NCBI GenBank assembly: GCA_030390025.1
Contig: CM059425.1
Location: 173,230,001 to 173,294,000, forward strand
Source: Squalus acanthias
Lineage: Eukaryota
Reading direction: 5' to 3'
Length of the DNA stretch: 64,000 nt
Both the position numbers and the translations under genes were made by a program. This document shows positions 1 through 12,299 of this stretch, piece by piece. Positions within the stretch are counted from its first letter, which is position 1. Every line of letters starts with the position of its first letter. The notes beneath the pieces were generated by a model. It was given only the letters and a program-made list of their open reading frames with translations. It was not told where the DNA came from and did no database searches.

Positions 1-340
1 TTTCTGACCCCCCATATCCTCTCCAAAAAGAACACCTGCTTGGATGTCTAATATCACCCGCCTCCATCCCTACTTCAGCCCATCTGCTGCTGATACCTTC
101 ATGTCTGTCACTTCCTGGCTCGACTATTCCAATGCCATCCTGCAACCTCTAAACTTCAGCTCATCCAAAACTTTTCCGCCCGTATCTTGTTCTGCTCACC
201 TGGTCCCCAACATCTCAAATTTAAAATATTCATCCTTTTGTTTAAATCCCTCCTTTCTATCTCTAACCTCCCGCAACCCTCCCCCAAACTTTCTATTCCT
301 CTAATTCTAGTCTCTTGTGTACCTCTCTCCTATAACCCCT
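1..340 (+). mobile_element. Degraded L2-type LINE 3' fragment
   Basis: Motifs cgactattccaatgcc and cttcagctcatccaaaac (LDYSNA...LQLIQN-like C-terminal region); a similar segment recurs at ~45410-45500. Confidence 0.5.
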
Positions 341-346
341 GCAAAT

Positions 347-595
347 CAGGTGGATGTAAAAGATCCCACAGCACTATTTGAAGAATAGCAGAGGAGTTCT
401 CCCTGATGTCCTCGGCAACATTTACCCTTCAACTGACATCACTGCTGTTTGTGGGACTTTGCTGTGTGCAAATTGGCTGCCCATTTCCTACATTACAACA
501 GTGATTACACTTCAACAGTATTTTATTGGCTGTAAAGCACTTTGGGACATCCTGAGGTGATGTAAGGTGCTAAATAAGTGCAAGTTTTTCTTTTC
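347..595 (+). mobile_element. SINE fragment with L2-like tail (Deu-domain/SacSINE1-like by recall)
   Basis: gatcccacagcactatttgaagaatagcagaggagttctcc...cctacattacaacagtg...gcactttgggacatcctgagg; the same motifs recur at 718-1015, 18180-18290, 45200-45360, 46815-47160 and 56770-56860. Confidence 0.55.
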
Positions 596-717
596 TTCTC
601 TTTGACCAAGCTTTTGTTCACCCGTCCTAATATCGCCTCTGTCTAGGTGTCCATTTTTTCCTTGTGCCTCTGTATGATGCCTATTGAGAAAGGGCTATGA
701 AGATGTATACTTTACCA

Positions 718-1015
718 TGAAGAACCTGCATTTATGTAGCACCTTTTTAAATCAGCAGGATGTTCCCAAAGTGTTTCAGCCAGTGAATTATTTATAAAGT
801 CTTGTCACTCTAGTTATATAGGTAAATGACAGCAGTCATTTTGTGCACAGCAAGGTCCTACAAATAGCAATGACTAGCTAATCTGTTTTGGTGTTGGTAG
901 TTGAGGGGTAAATGTTGGCCAGGTCACCAGTAGAAGTCTCCTGCTGTTCTTTGAATAGAGTTAACATAGAAGAGAGCACAGGCACCTCTACACTACAACA
1001 TGGAACCTGAAAGCA
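718..1015 (-). mobile_element. SINE copy, same family as 347-595, opposite strand
   Basis: Reverse complement matches 347-595 (gttgaggggtaaatgttggccagg, gcacagcaaggtcc). Confidence 0.55.
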
Positions 1016-1779
1016 TAGCAAACAACTGGGACAGGAGGGGAAATTATCCTTTATGATTCCAAGTATTTTTTTTGGAAATATGATTTCCAGTCTACAGTGG
1101 TGAAAAGTGGACTGCAAGCAGACAATGAGAATATTTGATGCACTTTGGAAGGCATTAAATCATGATTGTCACAACAAAAGCAAATAGTTAAATGAACCCT
1201 CACAAAAAAGGCACTCGTGGGTAGAAAAAGATAAAATCAAATGCAATTAACCTGTAGACAGCGTAATTACTGATTTTTTTGTCTGATGAAAATCCCCATG
1301 ATCTGACAGCATGCATTTCATTAAATTTTATTTGCTTTAGCTGTGATATTGCAGAGTTATATCCTGAATATTAGTAATCCAGAAATCAATAGCTGCTAGG
1401 TTATACCTATCATTTTCTCATGACTGATCATATTGTAGAAAGGGATAAAGCTGTGGTATTGTGTTTCCAATTCAACCCAGCGGACTAGATTTTACACCGG
1501 CCCCTCCCTCCCCCCCCCTAAAATCAGCCGCATTGGGAATTTGGATGTGCGCACCCCACTCCCCATGCAATGATATGTTGGCCATTAAAATTATTGATGT
1601 AAAATCTTGGTGGAGCCCATGCTCAAATCCTTGACATATGCTCATGGACTGGAAAAATCAACTCTCTGAAGCCTTGCACCAGGAGCATTTAAGATGAAAA
1701 ATTATCCCAGCGTAAGGCAAATCAAGCAGGCTCTTAACGGGTGTGCAATCCTTCCCATCGATTTTCCTTTCTGTGTTCT

Positions 1780-2330
1780 AAGAACATAAGAATTAGGAGC
1801 AGGAGTAGGACATACGGCCCCTCGAGCCTGCTCCACCATTCAATAAGATCATGGCTGATCATTGACCTCAACTCCACTTTCCCACCCGATCTCCATATTC
1901 CTTGATTCCAAAAATCTCTCTCAACCTTGAATATACTCAAGGACTCAGCATTCACAGCCCTCTGGGGCAGAGAATTCCAAAGATTCACAACCCTCTGAGT
2001 GAAGAAATTCCTCCTCATCTCAGTCTTAAATGGCCTACCCCTTATCCTGAGACTATGCCCCCCTAGTTCTAGACACTCCAGCCAGGGGAAACAACCTGTC
2101 AGCATCTACCCTGTCAATCCCCTTCAGAATCTTGTATGTTTCAATGAGATCATCTCTCATTCTTCTAAACTCCAGAGAGTATAGGCCCATTCTACACAAT
2201 CTCTCATCATAGGACAGCCCTCTCATCCCAGGAATTAATCTAGTGAACCTTCATTGCACCGCCTCCAAAGCAAGTATATCCTTCCTTAGATAAGGAGACC
2301 AAAACTGTACCGTACTCCAGGTGTGGTCTC
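1780..2330 (-). mobile_element. CR1 LINE 3' fragment
   Basis: ORF 1734-2105 carries GHSLRIRGRPFKTEMRRNFFTQRVVNLWNSLP; structured 3' UTR and (cttatgtt)n-type tail at ~1780. Confidence 0.93.
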
Positions 2331-2807
2331 TGCCCAGGCGATGCTTAGCATCCACGCAGTAAGAGTGAAAACCTACCCCAATGTATGCAAAGGTGGGTAC
2401 ACTTACCATGGCACTCCTGCTGATGCCCACATCACTGGCTACGCAAGCCCCAATTTTCTTGTACTCAACATTGGGGCTGTCTCATTTTTCCCTTGGGCGC
2501 TATGAACACTGACTTTAGCAACTATGCACCTGAAATTGCACTCCTAGTACATTCCTGGGGCTGGGGCATTCTGCTCACTGAAGTTTGCACCATGAGTGCA
2601 TTGGAGGAACCTCTAAGTTTTACAAGGTCCTCTCATTATCATGCAGCTGTTGCACTCCCTGTGTACTTTGCATGAGGCACTGGAAGCACAGAGGTCAGGG
2701 TGGAATTTCCTATACTGAACCTTAAAAGGACAGGTGCAGCACCTTAAAACTTTATCTGGAATTTTTCTTGTGGGAGGAAAAAGCTTTTAATTTCAGTATT
2801 GCAGCAA

Positions 2808-3303
2808 GCCTTTCCACCATCTACAAAGGCACAAGTCAGGAGTGTGATGGAATACTACCCACTTGCCTGGACAAGTGCAGCTCGACACCATCCAAGACAA
2901 AGCAGCCCGCTTGATTGTCACCCTATCCACCACCTTAAACATTAATTCCCTCCACTACTGGAGCACTGTGGCTGCAGTATGTACCATCTACAAGATGCAC
3001 TGCAGCAACTTACCAAGGCTTCTTTGACAGCACCTCCCAAACCCATGACCTTTACCACCTAGAAGGACAAGGGCAGCAGCCACATGGGAACACCATCACC
3101 TCCAAGTCACATACCATCCTGACTTGGAAATATATCACCGCTCCTTCAACGTCACTAAGTCAAAATCCTGGAACTCCCTAGTACAGTACTATGGGAGTAC
3201 ATTCACGACACGGACTGCTGCGCTTCAAGAATGCGGCTCACCACCACCTTCTCGAGGACAATTAAGGATGGGCAATAACACCCACATCCCATGATCGAAT
3301 AAA
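2808..3303 (+). mobile_element. 3' fragment of second APE-RT LINE family (here called family B, CR1-group)
   Basis: Encodes TIYKAQVRSVMEY-like and LDTIQDKAARLI motifs; same sequence family as 10262-12270 and 28274-29545; ends cacatcccatgatcgaataaaa. Confidence 0.85.
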
Positions 3304-4023
3304 AGTGTTGAAGACATGAGCTGGAAATTCAGCAATTACCTGGGTGGAGACGGGACAGCTTCCTTGAATGAGAAAGCCCTTAAAGTAATAAGAACATAAG
3401 AAATAGGAGCAGGAATAGGCCATTCGGCCCCTCGAGCCTTTTTTAATTCATTTTTGGGATGTGGTACCTTATCGAATGCCTTTTGGAAATCCAAATACAC
3501 TACATCTACCAGTTCCCCTTTATCCACCTGCTCATTAAGTCCTCAAAGAACTCTAATAAATTTGTCAAACACAATTTCCCTTTCATAAAACCATGTTGAC
3601 TCTGCTTGATTGTATTATGATTTTCTAAATGTCCTGCTACTACTTCCTTAATAATGGATTCCAGAATTTTCCCAATGACAGATGTTAGGCTAACTGGCTT
3701 ATAGTTTTCTGCTTTCTGTCTCCTTCCTTTCTTGAATATGGGCGTTACATTTGTGGTTTTCCAATCCACTGGGACATTTCCAGAGTCTAGGGAATTTTGG
3801 AAGATTACAACCAATGCATCCATTATCTCTGCAGCCACTTCTTTTAACACCCTAGGATGCAGGCCATCAGGTCCAGGGGACTTGTCAGCCTTTACTCCCA
3901 TTAGTTTGCCTAGTACTTTTTCTCTAGTGATTGTTTTAAGTTCCTCCCTCCCTTTTGCCCCTTGATTATCTACTATTATTGGGATGCTTTTAGTGTCTTC
4001 TACTGTGAAGACAGATACAAAAT

Positions 4024-4303
4024 TTAAAACAGAAATAGACAGTTTCCTAGAAGTAAAGGGAATTAGGGGTTACGGGGAGCGGGCAGGAAATTGGACATGA
4101 GGCTGAGTTCGGATCGGTCAAGGCCCTGTGGGTGGCGGAGCGGGCCCAGGGGCTGAGTGGCCGGGTCCTGCTCCTACCTCTTGAGTTCTTTAGATTTGAG
4201 GTTAGGATCAGATCAGCCATGATCTTATTGAATGGCGGAGCAGGCTCGAGGGGCCGATTGGCCTACTCCTGCTCCTATTTCTTATGTTCTTATGTTCTTA
4301 TGT
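4024..4303 (+). mobile_element. Short young CR1 3' end inserted into the older CR1
   Basis: Start nearly identical to 24110-24186; ends (tcttatgt)x3; host sequence gatacaaaatatttg is split with apparent aaaat duplication. Confidence 0.9.
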
Positions 4304-5683
4304 AAAATATTTGTTCAAAGTCTCTGCCATTTCCTTGTTTCCTGTTATTAATTCCCCAGTCTCATCTTCGAAGGGATGAATGTTTACTTTAGCTACTCTC
4401 TTCCTTTTTATATACTTATAGAAGCTCTTACTGTCCATTTTTATATTTCTTGCTCATTTACTCTCAATCTATTTTCTCCTTTATTATTTTTTAAGCCATC
4501 CTTTGCAAGTTTCTAAAAAATTCCCATTCTTCTGGCCTACCACTAATCTTTGCAACATTGTATGCCTTTTCTTTCAATTTGATAAACTCCTTAACTTCCT
4601 TAGTAAGCCACAGATGGTTCATCCTTCTCGTAGAGTCTCTCACTAGAATATATCTTTGTTGAGAGCTATGAAATATCTCCTTAAAAGTCTGCCACTACTT
4701 ATCTACCATCTTACCTTTTAATCTATTTTCCCAGTCTACTTTAGCCAACTATCTTCATACCCTTGTAATTGCCTTTATTTAAGTTTAAGACACTAGTTTC
4801 AGACCCAAGTTTCTCACCCTCAAACTGAATGTGAAATTCTATCATGTTATGATCACTCTTCCCTAGAAGATCCTTTATTATGAGATCATTAATTAATCCT
4901 GTCTCATTACACAGTACCAGATCTAAAATAAACTGTTCCCTGGTTGGTTCCACAACACATTGTTCTAAGAAACCGTCCTGAATACACTCTATGAACTCGT
5001 CCTCAAGGCTACCTTTGCCAATTTGATTTGTCCAATCTATATGAAGATTAAAATCGCCCACGATTATTGCAGTACCTTTCTTACAAGCCCCTGTTATTTC
5101 TTGATTTATACACTGTCCCACAGTGTAGCTACTGTTAGGGGGCCTATAGACTACTCCCACCAATGACTTCTATCCCTTATTATTTCTTATCTCCACCCAA
5201 ACTGATTCTACATTTTGATCCTCCGAGCCAAGATCATTTCTCACTATTGTACTGATCTCATCCTTTATTAACAGAGCTACCCCACCTCCTTTTCCTTTCT
5301 GCCTATCCTTCCGAAATGTCAAATATCCCTGAATATTCAGTTCCCAGCTTTGGTCACCTTGCAGCCACGTCTCTGTAATGACTATCAGATCATACTCATT
5401 TATTTCTATTTGTGTCGTCAATTGATCTATCTTGTTACGAATGCTGCGTGCATTCAGATAAAAAGCCTTTAATTTTGTCTTTTTACCATTTTTCCCTACT
5501 CTGACTATTTGCTGGTGTACTCTTATGCTTGTACGCTCTGTCCCTTCCTGTCACACTCTGGTTATCATTACCCTTATCGCTACCCTGCACTATTGCCTTG
5601 TCCTTTCTCTAACTTTCCCCTCACCTGACCCCCCCCCCCCCCCCAACTATTTAGTTTAAAGCCCTATCTACAGCCCTAGTTAT

Positions 5684-6607
5684 TCAATTCGCCAGGACAC
5701 TGGTCCCAGCATGGTTCAAGTGAAGCCCGTCCCAACGGAACAGCTCCCTCTTTCCCCAGTACTGGTACCACTGCCCCAGGAATCGAAACCCATTTCTCCC
5801 ACACCAATCCTTGAGCCACGCATTCAACTCTCTAATCTTATTGACCCTATGCCAATTTGCTCGTGGCTCAGGTAGTAATCCAGAGATTATTACCTTTGTG
5901 GTTCTGCTTTTTAATTTAGCCCCTAGCTGCTCATACTCCCTCAGCAGAACCTCTTTCTTAGTCCTACCTATGCCATTGGTACCTACATGGACCACAACAA
6001 CTGGATCCTCCCCCTCCCACTCCAAGTTCCTCTCCAGCCCCGAGATGTCGTCCTTAGCCCTGGCACCGGGCAGGCAACACAGCCTTCGGAACTCACACTC
6101 ACGGCTGCAGAGAACAGTATATATCCCCCTAACTATACTGTCCCCTACCACTACTACATTCCTTTTTACTCCCCCAACTTTAATGGACACCTGTACCACA
6201 GTGCTGTGGTCAGTTTGCTCATCCTCCCTGCAGTCCCTGCTCTCCTCCACACAGTCTGCAAGAACCTCGCACCTGTTGGATAAGTGCAAGGGCTGAGGCT
6301 CCTCCAATGCTACTTTCTGGATCCCCATACCTGCCTCACTCGTAGTCACACCCTCCGGTCCCTGACCACGGAACAAATCTGAAGTATTTAACCTAAGGGG
6401 TGTGACTGCCTCCTGGAACAAAGTGTCGAGGTAACTTTCTCCCTCCCTGATGTATCGCAGTGTCCGAAGCTCGGACTCCAGCTCATCAACTCTGAGCAGA
6501 AGTTCCTTGAGCTGCAGACACTTACTGCAGATGTGGTTGCTGTAGATCACACTGAGGTCCACCAGCTCCCACATGCTGCAGCTGTAACACATCACCTGCC
6601 CTGCCAT
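5684..6607 (-). pseudogene. CR1 ORF1 protein (Zn-finger/leucine zipper plus SGNH esterase), nearly full-length open frame
   Basis: 307 aa: CYSC...CSKC and heptad leucines, then VVGDSIVRG, HVGTNG and DGLHLN blocks typical of CR1 ORF1 esterase. Confidence 0.88.
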
Positions 6608-7322
6608 CTCTATTGTATTTTATTTAACTGATTAGATTTTCAAGTTTTGAAATACTCAATTGTCTATTAATAGTTTTTAATCTAGGTAATAACCTTGTTT
6701 AATTTATTAAATTTAGTTATATGCTTTAGGTCTTTACTGTAACTTAGTCCACAGTCCCAATTTAAACCTAGTTGTTTATATTTTTTTAATGTATTAAGCA
6801 GCACCTTTTATCCCCACCTCATCAAATTCCCGAGTACTCTGTAGAAGCAGTACTCCATAGAACTGGACTACTTACCTCCATGTGTTAGTAAAAAGTCTCT
6901 TGCTTTTATACCAGCAGAAATTCCAAAGCCCCGAGTCAGCCCCTGCTGACAGTAATTACCAGGTAGCCAGTTCTAGCTAGCCACCTAATTAACTGTGCAA
7001 CTGCCACGAACAGGCAGCTTGTTTACCACTGTGAAAGAAACTACAAAGTTAAATGCCAAATGTTGAGGGAGGAGCTGGCAAGGAGGTAAGCCATTTTTGG
7101 ATATGAGGGGCACTCTCCTTAATATGAAGCACAGGGCTTCAAGAGAAGAGATGGTAAAGCAGGTCAATACAATTTCAGCAGTGAAGCAGACAGCCTCCCA
7201 GATGAGGAAAAAAATCAGTCGCCTCAAAAAGTTTGCCAAGTAAATGAGCCTTCTGCTTCTATGTTTGTAGAAGTCTGCAATTACATGCATGTAATACACT
7301 CACTTAGAATATTTCAATAATT

Positions 7323-8064
7323 GACCCTGAATTTGCTGGGAAAATAACGGTGAGTTTAATGCGCATATTAAACTCACCGTTAGTGTGTAAAAAAAAACCA
7401 GCAATTTGTGGCGAGGAAGAGAAACACGAGTTGCAAATCGCCACAAATTGCCCGCCACTCCACCAGTTAGCCACAAAAAACTGAGCTTACCATCAATCTC
7501 CCCTTGAGTTTCAAGAGACTTCTGCATTTGCGCTGTTAAAACAAATTAAACTCGCTGCAGAAAGTTAGGGCTGGTATTTAATGACCTATGGACCCTTTTA
7601 ATGATGAGATTTATGTTCCTGCAATGCCACTCAACCTCGGAGGCCCAGAAAGGGAACAATTGGAACTGTGATGTCTCACTACTGCAGGTAGTAAATTGTT
7701 CCTAGAGGTTTTTAAAATTTTTAATTTCAATTTTTATTCTTACTTTTCCTTTCTGTCTCTCTCTCTTAATCCAATCTTTCTTCCCTCTTTAATTCTCTTT
7801 CTGTATCTAATTTGACTCTAATTCACCCTATTTCCATCTGCATCATTCCTCTGTTTCTTTCAATTTAATTTCATTGGTAAAGTAGATAGACTGTTGGACC
7901 CGTTGTACACCAAGGTCCCAGATGCCCCGTTGACCTAGCTATGCTTTTAACCGCTTGCACTTCCAGCAATTTGTGCGCCAAAAATTTTATAGCTGGAGGA
8001 TGAGGGAAAAAGTGTAACTAAAGGGACATGCTGTGAGATGCCACGCACCAGCAAATTCTGGGCC
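7323..8064. mobile_element. Non-autonomous TIR element (Harbinger-type MITE)
   Basis: Termini gaccctgaatttgctgg / ccagcaaattctgggcc; att on both flanks (3-bp TSD). Confidence 0.75.
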
Positions 8065-8067
8065 ATT

Positions 8068-8835
8068 GGGCCAGATTTTGCTGTAGCAGGGCATCTAACG
8101 GCGTCTGTCATTAGTTAGACTTGTTTGTGCATAATTAGGTTTAAAAAAAATTGGGTCGCAGGTTGCTGAAAGTGCGAGCTGGTAACGTTGCAGCGAGGGA
8201 AACGGGGCATTTGGGACCTGAGTGAACAGGGCAAGCAACTTTGTATCTCCTTAACCAATCAAATTGTAAGATTGAGAAATAAACAGTGGAAGGATTGAGA
8301 AGGAAATGTAAATTAGAGTGGGTGAATTCAATGTCAAATCAGGTACGGAAAGAGAAATAGAGACGGAAAGAAAGATTGGATTAAGAGAGAGAAAAAAAGA
8401 CAAAGGAAAAGTAAAAAAAAATTAAGTGACATTTTTTAAATCTCTAATAACAATTACTACCTGAAGGAATGAGACTCCACACTTGTAATAGTTAATTTTC
8501 AGTGCCAGAGGTTGATTGGCAGTTATTAACAATTATCGCATTGTTAAAAGGGTACTTACACTTGTAATGTCAAGACTTTCTGTGCGGAGTTTAGTTTATA
8601 TCTACCACGCAAGTACTGCAACTTCACGACATTCAATGCATGTCAGTAGTGAGGCAGACAGCGAAAAGCCGTTTTCGCAAAGCTAACGGCGGAGCGGAGC
8701 AACTCAGACAGCAACGTTTAGATATTGGCATTTAATTGCACATCTGCACTGTGCCTAAAGTTCATGTACCGTTTACACTTAAATAATGGCGAGCACCATT
8801 AGCCTCACCATTACTTGGACAGCAAAATATGGCCT
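8068..8835. mobile_element. Related MITE in inverted orientation to 7323-8064
   Basis: Termini gggccagattttgctgt / acagcaaaatatggcct; internal gaaagattggattaagagagaga...tactacctg is the reverse complement of ~7685-7785. Confidence 0.75.
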
Positions 8836-9182
8836 AAAATTATCTTTACACACTTGGAACCCTTTTACAGATGGTGGGTAAGCCATTAAAAATTCCCTCA
8901 GTACCCTTTTGCATGCTTTTTGATCTTGCACTCCTGGTTAGAAAATCAGAATGCCCAATTGCTTAGCACTAAAAGGCCTCAGGAAACTGTCAATCATTCA
9001 TTACGATCTTTTCATTGCAGGCCAAGGAAGCACGCAGCAGAACAGGCTGAAAGCTAGAGGGAACCTCCAAATCTGCAGACGGTGACATGACTTGAAGAGC
9101 TAACCCTGGACATTGCTGGTGACCCAGCCACCTCACATCATTCTCCCACTGCAGTAGCACTTAGACTTTCTTAGCTAGAATA

Positions 9183-9260
9183 GAAGGAGCAGCTCTCCGA
9201 AAGCTCGTAATTTCAAATAAAACTGTTGGACTATAACCTGGTGTTGTGCGACTTCTCATT
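9183..9260 (+). mobile_element. 78-bp Penelope pLTR end, starting inside the hammerhead
   Basis: gaaggagcagctctccgaaagc...ctgttggactataacctggtgttgtgcgac matches 14988-15075; 12-bp TSD ttagctagaata at 9171-9182 and 9261-9272. Confidence 0.85.
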
Positions 9261-10261
9261 TTAGCTAGAATAAGGTAGCAGGAAACAGTGTGTAATGTCA
9301 CCAAAGGGGAATTCTGGGGAAAGAAAAAGTAGAGCACAGTGCACTGGAAATACATTAAACTGGATATGATTTTAAGGGGTATTAATTTTGTATTTCCATT
9401 ATCCTACAGCATATGCCTAGCTGTTCAGTGATAGCGGCTGAGTTGTAGTGCAGGCCCACCAAAGATTGTGTTGGTGTGTCAGGACAGGAGGAACCTGATT
9501 CAGGAATGTTCTCGCAGGGGGGAAATGATCCTTTAAGCAAAGTGGGTTTGGATTAATCTTTGTCTTAAATCAAAGCACGTTGTTGTTCAAGGGGTGCCGA
9601 CAGTTCCACATGCTCTGCCTCTTACTCTGACTCATCTCTGACCCCTTCCTTTACTGCTGCTGGTCCATTTCCTCCTCATCTTCCACCTTGAGAAGAGGCA
9701 GCAGAATTGTTAAAGGAATGCTTATGGTGTGGGTCAAGTTGCCCAGGCCAGACTAGTTCCCAAACAAAAGGGCTTCTCCACTCTAAATTAAACAGAAAGA
9801 AACTGAAATTCCAAGATTCAAAAGTTTTAAAAATAGCAAATAATTAAACTGACACAATAGAGAACAAGCAATGAGCTCAACATGCCAGATGCTGTAAAAA
9901 CCTTATTACTGTAACACCTTTGTTGATTGTTTTGTTGTCAGCTACTTTGCCATCTACTATTGTGCCATTTGTTGAAGGGCTGCCATTCTTCCCCCTTCCA
10001 CATTTCAAACAGAGCAGAATGGGTTTCCCATTGGAAATTCTCCTCTTTCTTTGCTTCTTAGAAGAATGGAGGGAGGGCAGGCAGGTGGGGCTGCACTACA
10101 GGCTTATTGTACCCATCTGCCGATAACCCCACACCAGAGTAGACAGGCAGAGGTGCTGTTACCAGTGTTTGATATGGACCAGTGCTTGTGAAGGCTTTGC
10201 TTTATAATGGAAGCTGCCACTGAGTTATGCCAAATACTACAAGCGGGCCTGAAGCCCAGCT

Positions 10262-12270
10262 TTTTAAAAATTCGTTCCTGGGATGTGGGTGTCACTGGCA
10301 AGGTAAGCATTTATTGCCCATCCCGAATTGCCCTTGAGAAGGTGGTAGTTAGCCGCCTTCTTGAACCGCTGCAGTCCATGCCTGCAGTACTCCCATAGTG
10401 CTGTTAGGGAGAGAGTTCCAGGATTTTGACCCAGCGACGATGAAGGAACGGTGATATATTTCCAAGTCAGGTTGGTGTGTGACTTGCAGGTGATGGTGTT
10501 CCCATGCACCTGCTGCCCTTTTCCTTCCATGTGGTAGAGGTTGCGGGTTTGGGAGGTGCTGCCGAAGAAGCTTTGGCAAGTTGCTGCAGTGCATCTTGTA
10601 GACAGTACACATTGCAGCCACGGTGCGCTGGTGGTGGAGGGAGTGAATGTTTAAGGTGGTGGATGGGGTGCCAATCAAGCGGGCTGCTTTTTCCTGGTGT
10701 TGAGCTTCTTGAGTGTTGTTGGAGCTGCACTCATCCAGGCAAGTGGAGAGTATTCCATCACACTCCTTACTTGTGCCTTGTAGATGGTGGTAAAGCTTTG
10801 GGGAGTCAGAAGGTGAGACACTCGCTGCAGAATACCCAGCCTCTGACCTGCTCTTGTAGCCACAGTATTTATGTGGCTGGTTCAGTTAAGTTTCTGGTCA
10901 ATGGTAACCCCCAGGATGCTGATGGTGGGGGATTCGGCAATGGTAATGCCATTGAATGTCAAGGGGAGGTGATTAGACTTTTGCTTGTTGTGTGGCGTGA
11001 ATGTTACTTGCTACTTATCAGCCCAAGCCTGAATGTCGTCCAGGTCTTGCTGTATGCGGGCATGGACTGCTTCATTTTCTGAGGAGTTGCGAATGGAACT
11101 GAACATCCCCACTTCTGACCTTATGGAGGGAAGGTCATTGATGAAGCAGCTGAAGATGCTTAGGCATAGGACACTGCCCTGAGGAACTCCTGCAGTGATG
11201 TCCTGGAACGGAGATGATTGACCTACACCAACAGCAACTATCTTCCTTTCTGCTAGGTATGACTTCAACCAGTGGAACATTTCCCCCCTGATTCCCATTG
11301 ACTTCAGTTTTACGAGGGCTCCTTGATGCCACACTTGATCAAATGCTGCCTTAATGTCAAGGGCAGTCACTCTCACCTCACCTCTGGAATTCAGCTCTTT
11401 TGTCCATGTTTGGACCAAGGCTGTAATGAGGTCGGGAGCCGAGTGGTCCTGGCGGAACCCAAACTGGGCATTAGTGAGCAGGTTATTGGTGAGTAAGTGC
11501 TGCTTGATAGCACTGTTGATGACATCTTCCATCACTTTGCTGATGATTGAGAATAGTGCTTATGGGGCGTTAATTTGCCAGATTGGATTTGTCCTGCTTT
11601 TTGTGGACAGAACATACCTGGGCAGTTTTCCATATTGTCAGATAGATGCCAATATTATAGCTGTACTGTACTGGAACAGCTTGGCTAGAGGCGCGGCTAG
11701 TTCCTGAGCACAAGTCGTCAGCACGACAGCCGGGATGTGTTACCGAGCCACTCTTGGTGATGGACATTGAAGTCCCCCACCCAGAGTACGTTCTGTGCCC
11801 TTGCCACCCTCAGTGTTTCCTCCAAGTGGTGTTGAACATGGAGGAGTACTGATTCATCAGCTGTGGGAGGGCAGTAGGTGGTAATCAGCAGCAGGTTTCT
11901 TTGCCCATGTTTGACCTGATAACATGAGACTTCATGGGATCCAGAGTCAATGTTGAGGACTCCCATGGCTACTCCCTCCCGACTGTATACCACTGTGCCG
12001 GCATCTCTGGTAGGTCTGTCCTGCCAGTGGGACAGGACATACCCAGGGATGGTAATGGAGGAGTCTGGAATATTGGCTGAAAGGTATGATTCTGTGAGTA
12101 TGACTATGTCCGGCTGTTGCTTGATTAGTCTGTGCGACAGCTCTCCCAATTTTGGCACAAGTCCCCAGATGTTAGTGAGGAGGACTTTGCAGGGTCAACT
12201 AGGCGGAGTGTGCCTTTGTCATGTCTGGTGCCTAGGTCGATGCCGGGTGGTCCGTCCGGTTTTATTCTTA
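10262..12270 (-). mobile_element. Family B LINE, internally deleted (APE endonuclease plus RT remnants)
   Basis: ORF 11718-12158 (PDIVILTESYL, GDFNVHH); ORF 11011-11535 (QFGFR, LDIKAAFD, GVPQGSVL); 3' tail at ~10262-10335. Confidence 0.9.
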
Positions 12271-12299
12271 GCATACTTCTTTGTACTCCACTGTATCCA

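Larger units (their letters stand above)
3388..6900 (-). mobile_element. CR1 LINE with ORF1 and disrupted ORF2; most of the RT C-terminal half deleted
   Basis: ORF1 5684-6607; APE endonuclease fragments 5170-5421 (ITETWL) and 4741-5163 (YRPPN, GDFN, SDHN); RT N-part 3336-3901 (KSPGPDG, YLDFQKAFDKVPH); 3' tail at 3388-3438. 5' end approximate. Confidence 0.92.
7130..9130 (+). pseudogene. Heavily decayed Harbinger Myb/SANT gene relic (exon ~7130-7240, exon ~9020-9130)
   Basis: EMVKQVNTISAVKQTASQMRKKISRLKKFAK followed by gtaa resembles the end of Myb exon 1; acceptor ttttcattgcag at 9009-9020 precedes a segment resembling exon 2 (EELTLDIAG). Confidence 0.4.

Noticed and set aside
4105..4190. 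ADAR hyper-editing signature in the first 3' UTR module
   Set aside because: Changes include many T>C and transversions as well as A>G, so they are not strand-specific editing.
6608..6880. Intron in CR1 5' UTRs
   Set aside because: Donor-like motifs exist, but the AGs before the ORF1 starts lack polypyrimidine tracts.
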